A stretch of DNA of 64,000 nucleotides, from the NCBI GenBank assembly GCA_900546495.1, contig URDN01000005.1:16631-80630 (forward strand), read 5' to 3'. A program made the translations under genes and the position numbers. Positions 1 through 8,434 of this stretch are shown piece by piece. The stretch comes from an uncultured Lachnospiraceae bacterium (GTDB taxonomy: Bacteria; Bacillota; Clostridia; Lachnospirales; Lachnospiraceae). The notes under the pieces are model-generated. The model had not been told where the DNA came from and did not search any database. It saw only the letters and a list, made by a program, of their open reading frames with translations. How positions within the stretch are numbered: position 1 is the stretch's first letter; every line of letters begins with the position of its first letter.

Positions 1-1
1 T

Positions 2-199
2 GCGATCCTTGCACTTGGATGTGGCATTGAAAAGCCATTCAGCTTTGATGTGGCAGATATGGAATTTGTGACACGCGAGGTTGTTTGTCCAAACTGTGCA
101 AACCATTGCGAGATCATCTGCGTTTACCGCGATGGGGAACTCATTGATTCCTGGGGAAATCGTTGCGAACGCGGAGAAATCAAACAAGGCCAAGATTAG
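2..199 (+). CDS. 3' end of a probable 2-hydroxyacyl-CoA dehydratase activase (CoA-substrate-specific enzyme activase), partial
   Basis: Frame 2 reads AILALGCG...TREVVCPNCANHCEIICVYRDGELIDSWGNRCERG...* to TAG at 197-199. The CxxCxNxC...GNRCE tail is typical of these activases. Runs off the window edge. Confidence 0.65.
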   Translation, partial: AILALGCGIEKPFSFDVADMEFVTREVVCPNCANHCEIICVYRDGELIDSWGNRCERGEIKQGQD

Positions 200-233
200 G
201 GTGGCTTAAAATTTACCAAATTTAGTTTAATAA

Positions 234-298
234 AAGAACGTCTGTATTTTGTCTCAGTCGCTAACAATCGCTCCTTGAGAAAAAATACAGACGTTCTT
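234..298. terminator. Long inverted repeat, likely bidirectional terminator between convergent genes
   Basis: Perfect 17-bp arms AAGAACGTCTGTATTTT / AAAATACAGACGTTCTT plus inner TCTCA/TGAGA pairing. Confidence 0.7.
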
Positions 299-347
299 AA
301 TTTACACAGTGATATTAGTAACTTTTTGCGCCACCCGAAACTAGCTC

Positions 348-959
348 CTAGAAATCTACGCGGCCAGTATACTGGTCATTGATTACATAATAAGCTGCAT
401 CTTCTTCCGGTTTCAGATACATCGTAATTGTTTTTACTGCTACGCCACCTTCTACGGAATTGAACTGTGCAATTGCACGCTCTGTTAATTCAGCTTCATC
501 AAACTCTTTTCCAAGATACTGTAACACGATCTTCTTAGTCGGTTTTCTTGTTACTCTTTTCTTTGTCTCTGTTTTTACAGCATCCGCTTTTGCTTTTACG
601 GTTTTCTTTGCTGCTGCAGCTTTTTTCGTAGTAGCAGCTTTTGCTTTTGTAGCTGTCTTCTTTGCAGTTGTTTTTGCTGCTTCTGCAGTTTTCTCTACAG
701 TCTCAGCCGCTTTTTCTACTGCTTTCTCTGCGGTCTCTTTTGCAGTCTCTTTTACTTCTGCTGCTGCCTCAGTAGCTTTCTCTGCTACTTTTTCTACAGT
801 CTCTTTTGCTGCTTCTTCTGCCTTTGCTGCTGTCTCTTTTACAGCTTCTTTTACTTCTACAGTTTTCTCCTCTACAACTGCTTTTGTTGCCTCAACTTTC
901 TGAGCTGCTGTAGTTGTTGCCTTTGTTGTATGTACATTTGATGTCTTTCTTCTTGCCAT
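348..959 (-). CDS. Ala/Lys/Glu/Thr-rich low-complexity protein with DUF6465-like C-terminal domain
   Basis: RBS AGGGAGGA before ATG. C-terminal 'LQYLGKE...TMYLKPEEDAAYYVIN...GRVDF' resembles DUF6465. Confidence 0.75.
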   Translation of the reverse strand: MARRKTSNVHTTKATTTAAQKVEATKAVVEEKTVEVKEAVKETAAKAEEAAKETVEKVAEKATEAAAEVKETAKETAEKAVEKAAETVEKTAEAAKTTAKKTATKAKAATTKKAAAAKKTVKAKADAVKTETKKRVTRKPTKKIVLQYLGKEFDEAELTERAIAQFNSVEGGVAVKTITMYLKPEEDAAYYVINDQYTGRVDF

Positions 960-1085
960 GATAATTGTCCTCCCTCTAACATTTTCGGCATGTCTGCACG
1001 ATTGCTGACCAATGCCAATTCATAGTACCGGATTTTGGATTACTGTCGATATTATTTAGAACTATTTCTTTCTATATCGTTTTAA

Positions 1086-1114
1086 ATTGTACACCTATTC
1101 CCAGATTCTGTCAA
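1086..1114 (-). promoter_or_regulatory. Sigma70/SigA-type promoter for the 348..959 gene
   Basis: TTGACA-17bp-TACAAT on the minus strand. Confidence 0.7.
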
Positions 1115-1194
1115 CGAATTAACAATTTACCATATTTTTTCAGATCGCCACTCGAATATCACACACAGTATAACAAAAATACATATATCACTGA

Positions 1195-2493
1195 TTATTC
1201 AATCAAGCCATCCATTACATCAAAGTAGTTTTCAAATGTTTTTTTGCAACATCCCGGATTTAAAATTTCAATGCCTTCTGCGCCAAGTCCCATCACTGCA
1301 AATGCCATGGCCACGCGATGGTCATCGAAAGTCTCGATCTGGCAGGCCTGTGGTTTACCCGGATGAATGCATACCCAATCTTCACCTTCTTCACAGGTAA
1401 TTCCTGCATTTGTAAGATTGGTTACGATGGCATGCAGACGGTCACATTCCTGTCCACGGATATGTCCCACATGTGTGATTTTTACCGGAGATGACGCGTA
1501 TGGCGCAATTGCCGCCAGTGTCAATGCCTGATCGGAAAAATCATTCATATTTACTTCCAGACCTTTTAATCCATCCGCCGGACCTGTCAGACGGATGCCA
1601 TCTGTTTCTTCTGTCAGGCTGCATCCCATCTGTTCTAACAGCTTCAGGAATTTCATATCTCCCTGCATACTGTCCCAGTGCACATGCTTTACTTTTGCAC
1701 TGCCGCCGCTCATAGCTGCTGCCGCATAAAAGTAACATGCCGCGGATACATCCGGTTCAATCTGATACTCTGTTTTCTGATAGCCGCCAGATGGTGCTAC
1801 TGTATAATCGCAACCATCAAAATCTGCTTTCCCCCCAAATTCCTGCATCATTTTCCGTGTAATGCGGATGTAAGAACCGTCCTTTTTCTCACTGGTAATA
1901 TGAATTCGAATACCGTGTGGAAACATCGGTGCAATCAAAAGAAATGCACTCAAGAACTGTGTACTTGTACTGATATCCAGCTCTAATATCGCTTCCTGTT
2001 CCATATTTCGGATTTTTTCTCCTGCACCAGTAATCCGAACCGGTAAATGCCATGCCTCTCCCATCCATTCTATGGATGCACCAAGACTGATTAGGGCTTC
2101 AAAAAGCGGCTGCATCGGACGTTTCTGCATCTGTTCCGAAGCATTGATCACAAATGTACCTTCCGCCACTCCAAGCATTGCCGTCAGGAAACGCGCTGCT
2201 GTTCCGGCACTTCCTACATGAATGGAACCCGTTTGAACCGGAAGGACACCTCCGCATCCTTCCAGTTCAACAGTACATTGTTCTTCATCAATCTGTACTT
2301 CATATCCCAATGACTGCAGGGAACTCAAAAAATGTCTGGAATCATCACTGAACAACACACCATGCAGACACACATGACCTTTGCAAAGTGCTGACAGCAA
2401 TAATGCACGGTTTGTAATACTTTTAGACCCCGGAACCGCTACCGTCCACTGCACCGTTTTTTTTAATGATCTTACCCTATAACTATCTGCCAT
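1195..2493 (-). CDS. aroA: 3-phosphoshikimate 1-carboxyvinyltransferase (EPSP synthase)
   Basis: Motifs VPGSKSITNR, GSAGTAARF, RPM, STQFLS, ECDR, DDHRVAM. Start placed at MADSY after GGAG RBS. Confidence 0.95.
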   Translation of the reverse strand: MADSYRVRSLKKTVQWTVAVPGSKSITNRALLLSALCKGHVCLHGVLFSDDSRHFLSSLQSLGYEVQIDEEQCTVELEGCGGVLPVQTGSIHVGSAGTAARFLTAMLGVAEGTFVINASEQMQKRPMQPLFEALISLGASIEWMGEAWHLPVRITGAGEKIRNMEQEAILELDISTSTQFLSAFLLIAPMFPHGIRIHITSEKKDGSYIRITRKMMQEFGGKADFDGCDYTVAPSGGYQKTEYQIEPDVSAACYFYAAAAMSGGSAKVKHVHWDSMQGDMKFLKLLEQMGCSLTEETDGIRLTGPADGLKGLEVNMNDFSDQALTLAAIAPYASSPVKITHVGHIRGQECDRLHAIVTNLTNAGITCEEGEDWVCIHPGKPQACQIETFDDHRVAMAFAVMGLGAEGIEILNPGCCKKTFENYFDVMDGLIE

Positions 2494-2510
2494 TTCCTTC
2501 TCCATCCGAT

Positions 2511-5006
2511 CTACTGATTCGCGTCTGTACCAGTTGTATTGCCATCATTTGTCGTCGAGCCACCGGTGGTATCGCCGGTAGTTCCTCCGGTAGTTCCTCC
2601 AGTATTATCACCAGAACTGTCACCCTTATTGTCACCGGAAGTATCACCGGTATTGTCCCCAGTGTTTCCTCCGGTATTAGAATCAGATGAATCCGGAATA
2701 TTGCCTCCATTAATACCATCTGTCTCAGACGGAATATTTCCATCAATACCTGTATTGTTGTTATTATTGTTAGTGTTCTGATCGTCTTGATTTGTATTAT
2801 CCTGCGTCTGATTATTCTGATTTATTGTATCATTCTCTGCCGGTGCACTGGAATCCGCATCATCATAATCATAAACCTGATCTTTACCGGAAGAATGGCT
2901 CGTATCCAGATCAAAATCTTTTGCATCCAGACCATCTGTCATAAACAGCATTGCTTCTTTCCAGATTTTCGCCGGATAAGAATAACCCCAGATATCCTTT
3001 GTTGTCCGTTGATGATCATATGCCACATAAACAGAAATGGTATAATATGGAGTATAACCACAGAACCAGCCGACTTTATTACTATTTGTAGTACCTGTTT
3101 TTCCTGCTGCCTCAATATCAGAAGCACTGCTCCATTTCAGACCTTTTGCAGTACCACTTTTTAATACTCCTGTCAGAATATCTGTCATCTGGTCCGCCGC
3201 AGACTGACTGTATACATTCTTGCTGGTCGGATCCTCATAAATCTCATCCCCATTGGAATCTAAAATAGAAGAAATACAATCTGTCTGTGTATACTCACCA
3301 TGATTCTCCAGCGTATAGTATGCATTTGCCATCTCAACCGTATTGACACCGTTTGTCAGACCGCCCAGAGCCGCACTCAGATTGTAATCATCCGATACGA
3401 TCTTTGAGAAATTCATATCTTCTACATAGGAAAGTCCAACCTTTGGTGTGATCTCATTAAACAAAGAGTACGCACATCCATTGTAACTCTGCTCTACTGC
3501 ACGACGTAAACTGTATTTTGTTCCACCCATTCTTTTGATCTTTGCAGAAGTGGAATTCTTTGCACTGGATACATTAATCTCAGTCAATGTTGAATTTGCT
3601 GTGTAGCCTTCTTCCAATGCCGGCGTATACACCGCCAGTGGTTTGAACGAACTACCTGGTTGAACATAACTCTGAAAACCACGGTTCAGAGAATATGTCT
3701 GCTGGATTGCATCCTGAGAGCGTCCACCGATCATAGCTACCACTTTTCCGGATTCATTGTCAATAACTGTCAAAGCCCCCTGAAATGCATAAATTCCAGT
3801 TTCATCATCAATCTCTGTATTATTCTCCAGCTGTTCATCCAGGACTTTCTGCAGACCTTTCTGCGCGTCCAGATTCATGGTGGTAGTTATCTTATAACCG
3901 CCTGTATACAATTTATGTTTCGCCTGTTTGTATGCTTCATCATAATAATTGCTATATGTTTTATAAGCATCATCGTCATCAAAATGAAACTGAAACTCAA
4001 AACCATCCAGTTTCATCAGATAACGGACTGCACAGTTGATGGCATATGTTACTTCATAATTATAAAATTTATCTTCTTCCTCACTGACAGATGCCACAGA
4101 AATATTTTTTGCCAGAGCTGCTTCTCCAGCTTCTTTTGTGATATAACCGCACTCATACATATCTTCCAGAATCTTATTTCTTCTGGTAATCGCATTTTCG
4201 CTGTTTCTCAGCGGATTATAATATTCCGGTCTGTTTGGAATGGAACACAGATATGCCGTCTCGGACAGAGACAGGTCGCTGACCGAACATCCAAAATATT
4301 TCTGGGATGCATCTTCCACGCCGTATATACCATTTGCAAAACAACAGCTGTTGCAGTAAAACTCCATAATCTGCTCTTTGCTGTATTTTTTATTCAATTC
4401 CCGTGCAATAAAAATCTCTTTGATCTTACGGGATAAGGTCTTTTCATTTGACAGGAAAGTACCACGCGCCAGCTGCTGCGTGATCGTACTTGCCCCTTCT
4501 GCCACCTGTCCTCTTGACTTGACATAATTTAAGCAGACACGGATAATTCCCTTGAGATCCATACCACTGTTTCTCCAGAAGGTACGATCCTCAACTGCCA
4601 CAAATGCATTGACTACATCCGCCGGAATCTGATCGTATTCCAGATAAGTCGCATCCACATCTTCTGAAAGGGCAGCTAATTGGGTTCCATCATCACTGTA
4701 GATATATGAAGTCTGCGCCAGCCGGAATGTCTCCGGTGTACTCTGATCTACCAGTTCCTTTGCCTCTTTCATACATCCAAACAGTGTCTGTCCGGTTGCT
4801 TTCTTCAGCATTACATTGCCACCGATAAACATTGCCAGAAACAGCACTGCCAAGACAATGATAAAGTTTCTCAAGCGGCGCATGTTGTCCTTTTTCCGGG
4901 CCACTTTTAATCGCTTCTGATATTTTTCTTCCGAAACAGGATTCTTCTGTTGCTGCTGCTTGACATATTTCACATGTGATTTTATTTTCTTTTTTTTCTT
5001 TGCCAT
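2511..5006 (-). CDS. Class A penicillin-binding protein (transglycosylase/transpeptidase, PBP1A family)
   Basis: N-terminal TM; TG motifs EDRTF, GASTITQQLAR, RKIKE; TP motifs SSFK, SYN, KTG. Start MAKKK at 5006 after GAAAGGAG. Confidence 0.93.
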   Translation of the reverse strand: MAKKKKKIKSHVKYVKQQQQKNPVSEEKYQKRLKVARKKDNMRRLRNFIIVLAVLFLAMFIGGNVMLKKATGQTLFGCMKEAKELVDQSTPETFRLAQTSYIYSDDGTQLAALSEDVDATYLEYDQIPADVVNAFVAVEDRTFWRNSGMDLKGIIRVCLNYVKSRGQVAEGASTITQQLARGTFLSNEKTLSRKIKEIFIARELNKKYSKEQIMEFYCNSCCFANGIYGVEDASQKYFGCSVSDLSLSETAYLCSIPNRPEYYNPLRNSENAITRRNKILEDMYECGYITKEAGEAALAKNISVASVSEEEDKFYNYEVTYAINCAVRYLMKLDGFEFQFHFDDDDAYKTYSNYYDEAYKQAKHKLYTGGYKITTTMNLDAQKGLQKVLDEQLENNTEIDDETGIYAFQGALTVIDNESGKVVAMIGGRSQDAIQQTYSLNRGFQSYVQPGSSFKPLAVYTPALEEGYTANSTLTEINVSSAKNSTSAKIKRMGGTKYSLRRAVEQSYNGCAYSLFNEITPKVGLSYVEDMNFSKIVSDDYNLSAALGGLTNGVNTVEMANAYYTLENHGEYTQTDCISSILDSNGDEIYEDPTSKNVYSQSAADQMTDILTGVLKSGTAKGLKWSSASDIEAAGKTGTTNSNKVGWFCGYTPYYTISVYVAYDHQRTTKDIWGYSYPAKIWKEAMLFMTDGLDAKDFDLDTSHSSGKDQVYDYDDADSSAPAENDTINQNNQTQDNTNQDDQNTNNNNNNTGIDGNIPSETDGINGGNIPDSSDSNTGGNTGDNTGDTSGDNKGDSSGDNTGGTTGGTTGDTTGGSTTNDGNTTGTDANQ

Positions 5007-5078
5007 ACGATAACTCCTTTCGGGGATTTTCAGTATCACGTTATATATGCTGCTATCCATTTTCCATACAAACTTCAG

Positions 5079-5367
5079 ATAATATATCTTATCGGAAGTT
5101 GTTTGCCAACTTTCGATAAAAGGCACTGCTTTTGTGCCGCAAATCGATTATGAGGTTCGCGCAGCGGTTCTCATAATATATCTTGTCGGAAGTTGCTTGC
5201 CAACTTTCGATAAAAGGCACTGCTTTTGTGCCGCAAATCGATTATGAGGTTCGCGCAGCGGTTCTCATAATATATCTTGTCGGAAGTTGCTTGCCAACTT
5301 TCGATAAAAGGCACTGCTTTTGTGCCGCAAATCGATTATGAGGTTCGCGCAGCGGTTCTCATAATAT
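5079..5367. repeat. Tandem array of three 94-bp palindromic units
   Basis: Units start at 5079, 5173 and 5267, with a partial ATAATAT at 5361. Copies 2 and 3 are identical; copy 1 differs at 2 positions. Confidence 0.97.
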
Positions 5368-5476
5368 GCATCCTCACATACTTCCTAAATCACAGAAATG
5401 AATGAATGCATTTTATTATACCACACATTTTCAAAATCATTTCTTAAGATATCGTGAACTGTTTCATCATATATCT

Positions 5477-6856
5477 TTATGCATCCTCGCGCGTCAGCTT
5501 CTTCACCCACTTATAACTGCGGAAATGCAGGAAGGTCGGCAATCCCTTAAATACCTGATCGGACTGGATCATGATAACAACTCCGACAACAGACCAGTGC
5601 CACCAGAATGCACTCATGAAGGACAACGGGATAACGATCGCCCATGTACTGATCATGTTCATCATCATTGTAAATTTTGTATCTCCGCCGCCACGGATGA
5701 TTCCCATACTTACCGGCATCTGATAGGACATTCCCACCATGATAAAACTCATGACGATGATCAGCTGATCTGCCATGACCAGCGCGGTATCATTCAGATT
5801 ATACAGAGTCAGTAATGGTTTTCTCAGTAAAAACAGTGCCAGTCCCAATGCTGCACCGATCAGCAAATCGATAACCGCCAGTGTACGTGCATCCGATTTG
5901 ATCCGTTTCATATCTCCACGTCCAACGGCAGAACCGATCATAACCGCAGAGGAGGATGACATTGCCACAACAATTACCTTCAGATACTGATAAAATGTAG
6001 TAGCCACTGAGTTTGCAGCAATGGCATCAGAGGAAAGATGTCCAAGGATCGCTGTCTGGAACGGTACTGAGATCGCCCACAACACCTGCGATAACATAAC
6101 CGGAATCTCTACCTTTGTATAATCCTGACGCAGTGCGGCATCAAATTTCATAAAGTTTTCACTGAACAATTTTAATTTTTTATCTACTTTCAGCATGTAG
6201 ATCACAACGATTGCCAGCTCAACGATACGTGCGATCAGTGTTCCGATTGCTGCACCACGGATTCCAAGCTCCGGTGCGCCAAAACGTCCGAAAATCAATA
6301 CATAGTTGATGCCAACGTTTACGAACAGGGAAACGATAGAAATGTAGAAAGAAATCTTTACCGTTTCCACGCAACGCAGTGCTGCCATCAACACGTTTGT
6401 AATAATAAACAGCAGGAAGGTATATTTGATGATACCAAGATAAGATACACCTTCTGCAATGATTTCCGTATCATTGGTAAAAATAGATACCACCTGATGC
6501 GGCAGAAAGGTACAGATCAAAATGGTGATAATTCCACAGATCAGTCCCAGTTTTAACGCAATACCGGTCAGTTTCCGGATCGGCTGCATACGCTGCTGCC
6601 CCCAGTATTGGGCCCCCAGCACGACAAATCCCTCTCCGATTCCAAGAGTGATCTGCTGCACCATAAAGAAAATCTGGTTAACAGTCGCTGCACCGGACAG
6701 TGCATTCTGACTGTAACTGCCCAGCATAATATTGTCTGCCATATTGACACTGTATGCCACAATATTCTGTAACGCAACAGTAATCAAAAGTGGAAACAAC
6801 GTACGGTAAAATGTTTTGTCTTTTGTAAAAAAGCTCTCTTTTGTTTTCTGTCCCAT
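5477..6856 (-). CDS. MATE family efflux transporter
   Basis: DNIMLG, AQYWG, NYVLIFGRFGAPELGIRGAAIGT, GIIRGGGDT; many TM helices. Start MGQK after AAAGGAG. Confidence 0.92.
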   Translation of the reverse strand: MGQKTKESFFTKDKTFYRTLFPLLITVALQNIVAYSVNMADNIMLGSYSQNALSGAATVNQIFFMVQQITLGIGEGFVVLGAQYWGQQRMQPIRKLTGIALKLGLICGIITILICTFLPHQVVSIFTNDTEIIAEGVSYLGIIKYTFLLFIITNVLMAALRCVETVKISFYISIVSLFVNVGINYVLIFGRFGAPELGIRGAAIGTLIARIVELAIVVIYMLKVDKKLKLFSENFMKFDAALRQDYTKVEIPVMLSQVLWAISVPFQTAILGHLSSDAIAANSVATTFYQYLKVIVVAMSSSSAVMIGSAVGRGDMKRIKSDARTLAVIDLLIGAALGLALFLLRKPLLTLYNLNDTALVMADQLIIVMSFIMVGMSYQMPVSMGIIRGGGDTKFTMMMNMISTWAIVIPLSFMSAFWWHWSVVGVVIMIQSDQVFKGLPTFLHFRSYKWVKKLTREDA

Positions 6857-7031
6857 TAATTTATGTACTCCTTTGATACTTCTGTTCTGCCCATAATTAA
6901 ATTTCTTCACAAACATAAGTTTCTGACTCATATCTGATAGCTCTCAGGGCATTATCTAAGATAGTATAGCACTTTTTATTTATAAAGAAAAGTTTCCATT
7001 CTCACACTATGTAAGATGATGTATCAAAATC

Positions 7032-7054
7032 GTTCACACGCGCCATTCGCAAAA
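7032..7054. repeat. 23-bp repeat terminus (family B), inverted copy
   Basis: GTTCACACGCGCCATTCGCAAAA is the exact reverse complement of 47857-47879 and has 1 mismatch to 11780-11802. Confidence 0.85.
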
Positions 7055-7213
7055 TAAAAAAGATAAAGCCCAACTTCGACTTTATCTTGATATTTTTCTT
7101 CTTTCTATAACTTGTACCACTTCTGTCTATATAACTGTTATCTACAGATCATATAATAGACACTATATGACTAAAATAGAATACACAACTATTAAACAAA
7201 TTTTAAAATACAT

Positions 7214-7717
7214 TTAAGCGGATGCAATATGCTCCTGAATATAATCATGCATATTTTCTTTTTCTATTCCAAGTACCACGGACAATTCTCCATACAGCTC
7301 CTGCTCAGCCACACGCATATACCGTTCATCCAATGCTGTCACTTTTTTTCCTGCTGCCAGGCGCTCGTCCTTTCTCTGGTGCAGTGTTTTTAAAATACTG
7401 ATCCAGGAACGGCCGCTGCACTCATGCAGAGCTGCTTTATAGCTGGCTTCGCGCTGCTTCTCATTCGGTACTTCCAAAACCTCAATGCTTGGAATATCCT
7501 GAATGAGACGCTTTGCCTCCTCCGGAGTCATTACTTTACGGATCATTACCTTGTTACTGTCGATTGGCAGATAGACCGTCTGCTCACTATTCTGCACCGG
7601 ATGCATAATATAGAAAAGACGATTTCTGTCAACACCGGGAATATCTACGTGCGAAATATCCTGAATCTTGCAGACACCCTTACTTCCATAAACAACATAT
7701 TCTCCTTTTTCAAACAT
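7214..7717 (-). CDS. CarD/TRCF RNA-polymerase-interacting family transcriptional regulator
   Basis: MFEKGEYVVYGSKGVCKI N-terminus (CarD RID-like) and helical C-terminus '...AEQELYGELSVVLG'. RBS GAAAGGAG. Confidence 0.85.
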   Translation of the reverse strand: MFEKGEYVVYGSKGVCKIQDISHVDIPGVDRNRLFYIMHPVQNSEQTVYLPIDSNKVMIRKVMTPEEAKRLIQDIPSIEVLEVPNEKQREASYKAALHECSGRSWISILKTLHQRKDERLAAGKKVTALDERYMRVAEQELYGELSVVLGIEKENMHDYIQEHIASA

Positions 7718-8137
7718 ACACAACGCTCCTTTCTTCGCATTTTAAGTGGAAACTTTCATTTTATAATCTGTGTGTGGAAACAAATTGTCTCATTTCTCTT
7801 TTTTCAGCAATTGTTATATATAGTATACCACATTTCCGCAAAAGAAGTCAGTAAATTGTATATATATTCAAAATTTTTGTGACTTTTCACAATAATCAGT
7901 CGATTCTTTTCTATTAATTTTGCACAATGTTTCTGCAATCATTTATGCAATATAGACAACAAAATATGTGTTATTCACTGCAGGTGCGCTTGTTTCATAA
8001 CGAATTACATAATTATTGGGTAGAATTGTGGGAGTACGAAGTACGGATCAATTCGTATGGCATCTTTTGACCCCAACATCACCTGAATTTTCTTATCATA
8101 ATAATAAAAAGGAACCCTGATAAACATGGTTCCTTGG

Positions 8138-8300
8138 GTAAAGCAGACATTCGCAATCCGCTTTCGCTACTTGCTCATGAACGCAGGCGCTTTGCGACCT
8201 GTCAGTGGGAGCTTTTAACTCCCACTGACATAAGCATCCCCTTACCCACCGCTTAGTGCTCTACGCACTTGAAGCGGGGGAATGCTTATTCTGCGTTCAA
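8138..8300 (+). repeat. Dispersed palindromic repeat family A, long (163 bp) copy
   Basis: Near-identical to 21136-21297. Begins GTAAAGC(A/G)GACATTCGCAATCCGCTTTC and ends TTCTGCGTTCAA; multiple hairpins. Confidence 0.95.
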
Positions 8301-8331
8301 ATCCCTATTCTAAACAATATCTACGACACAT

Positions 8332-8379
8332 AAAAAGGATTCATCTGCCACATTCATTTGTAACAAATCAATCCTTTTT
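8332..8379 (-). terminator. Putative intrinsic terminator after hemW
   Basis: AAAAAGGATT...AATCCTTTTT inverted repeat downstream of the hemW stop. Confidence 0.5.
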
Positions 8380-8434
8380 CCATCTTATTATTCTGCTTTG
8401 TTCAATCTTGTTTATATTACACATTACCTGCGAA

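Noticed and set aside
460..903. Hydrophobic antisense ORF (and the many other antisense ORFs in the track)
   Set aside because: Shadow frames of real genes; this one mirrors the Ala/Lys/Glu codon repeats of 348..959.
5007..5126. ORF-track N-terminal extension of PBP1A (similar extensions for ppaC, MATE, ispG, uppS, glgA, folD, uppP)
   Set aside because: Extensions run into repeats or terminators and lack an RBS; downstream ATGs have clear Shine-Dalgarno sequences and match family N-termini.
5079..5367. CRISPR array
   Set aside because: Units are identical over their full 94 bp with no unique spacers, and there are no cas genes in the window.
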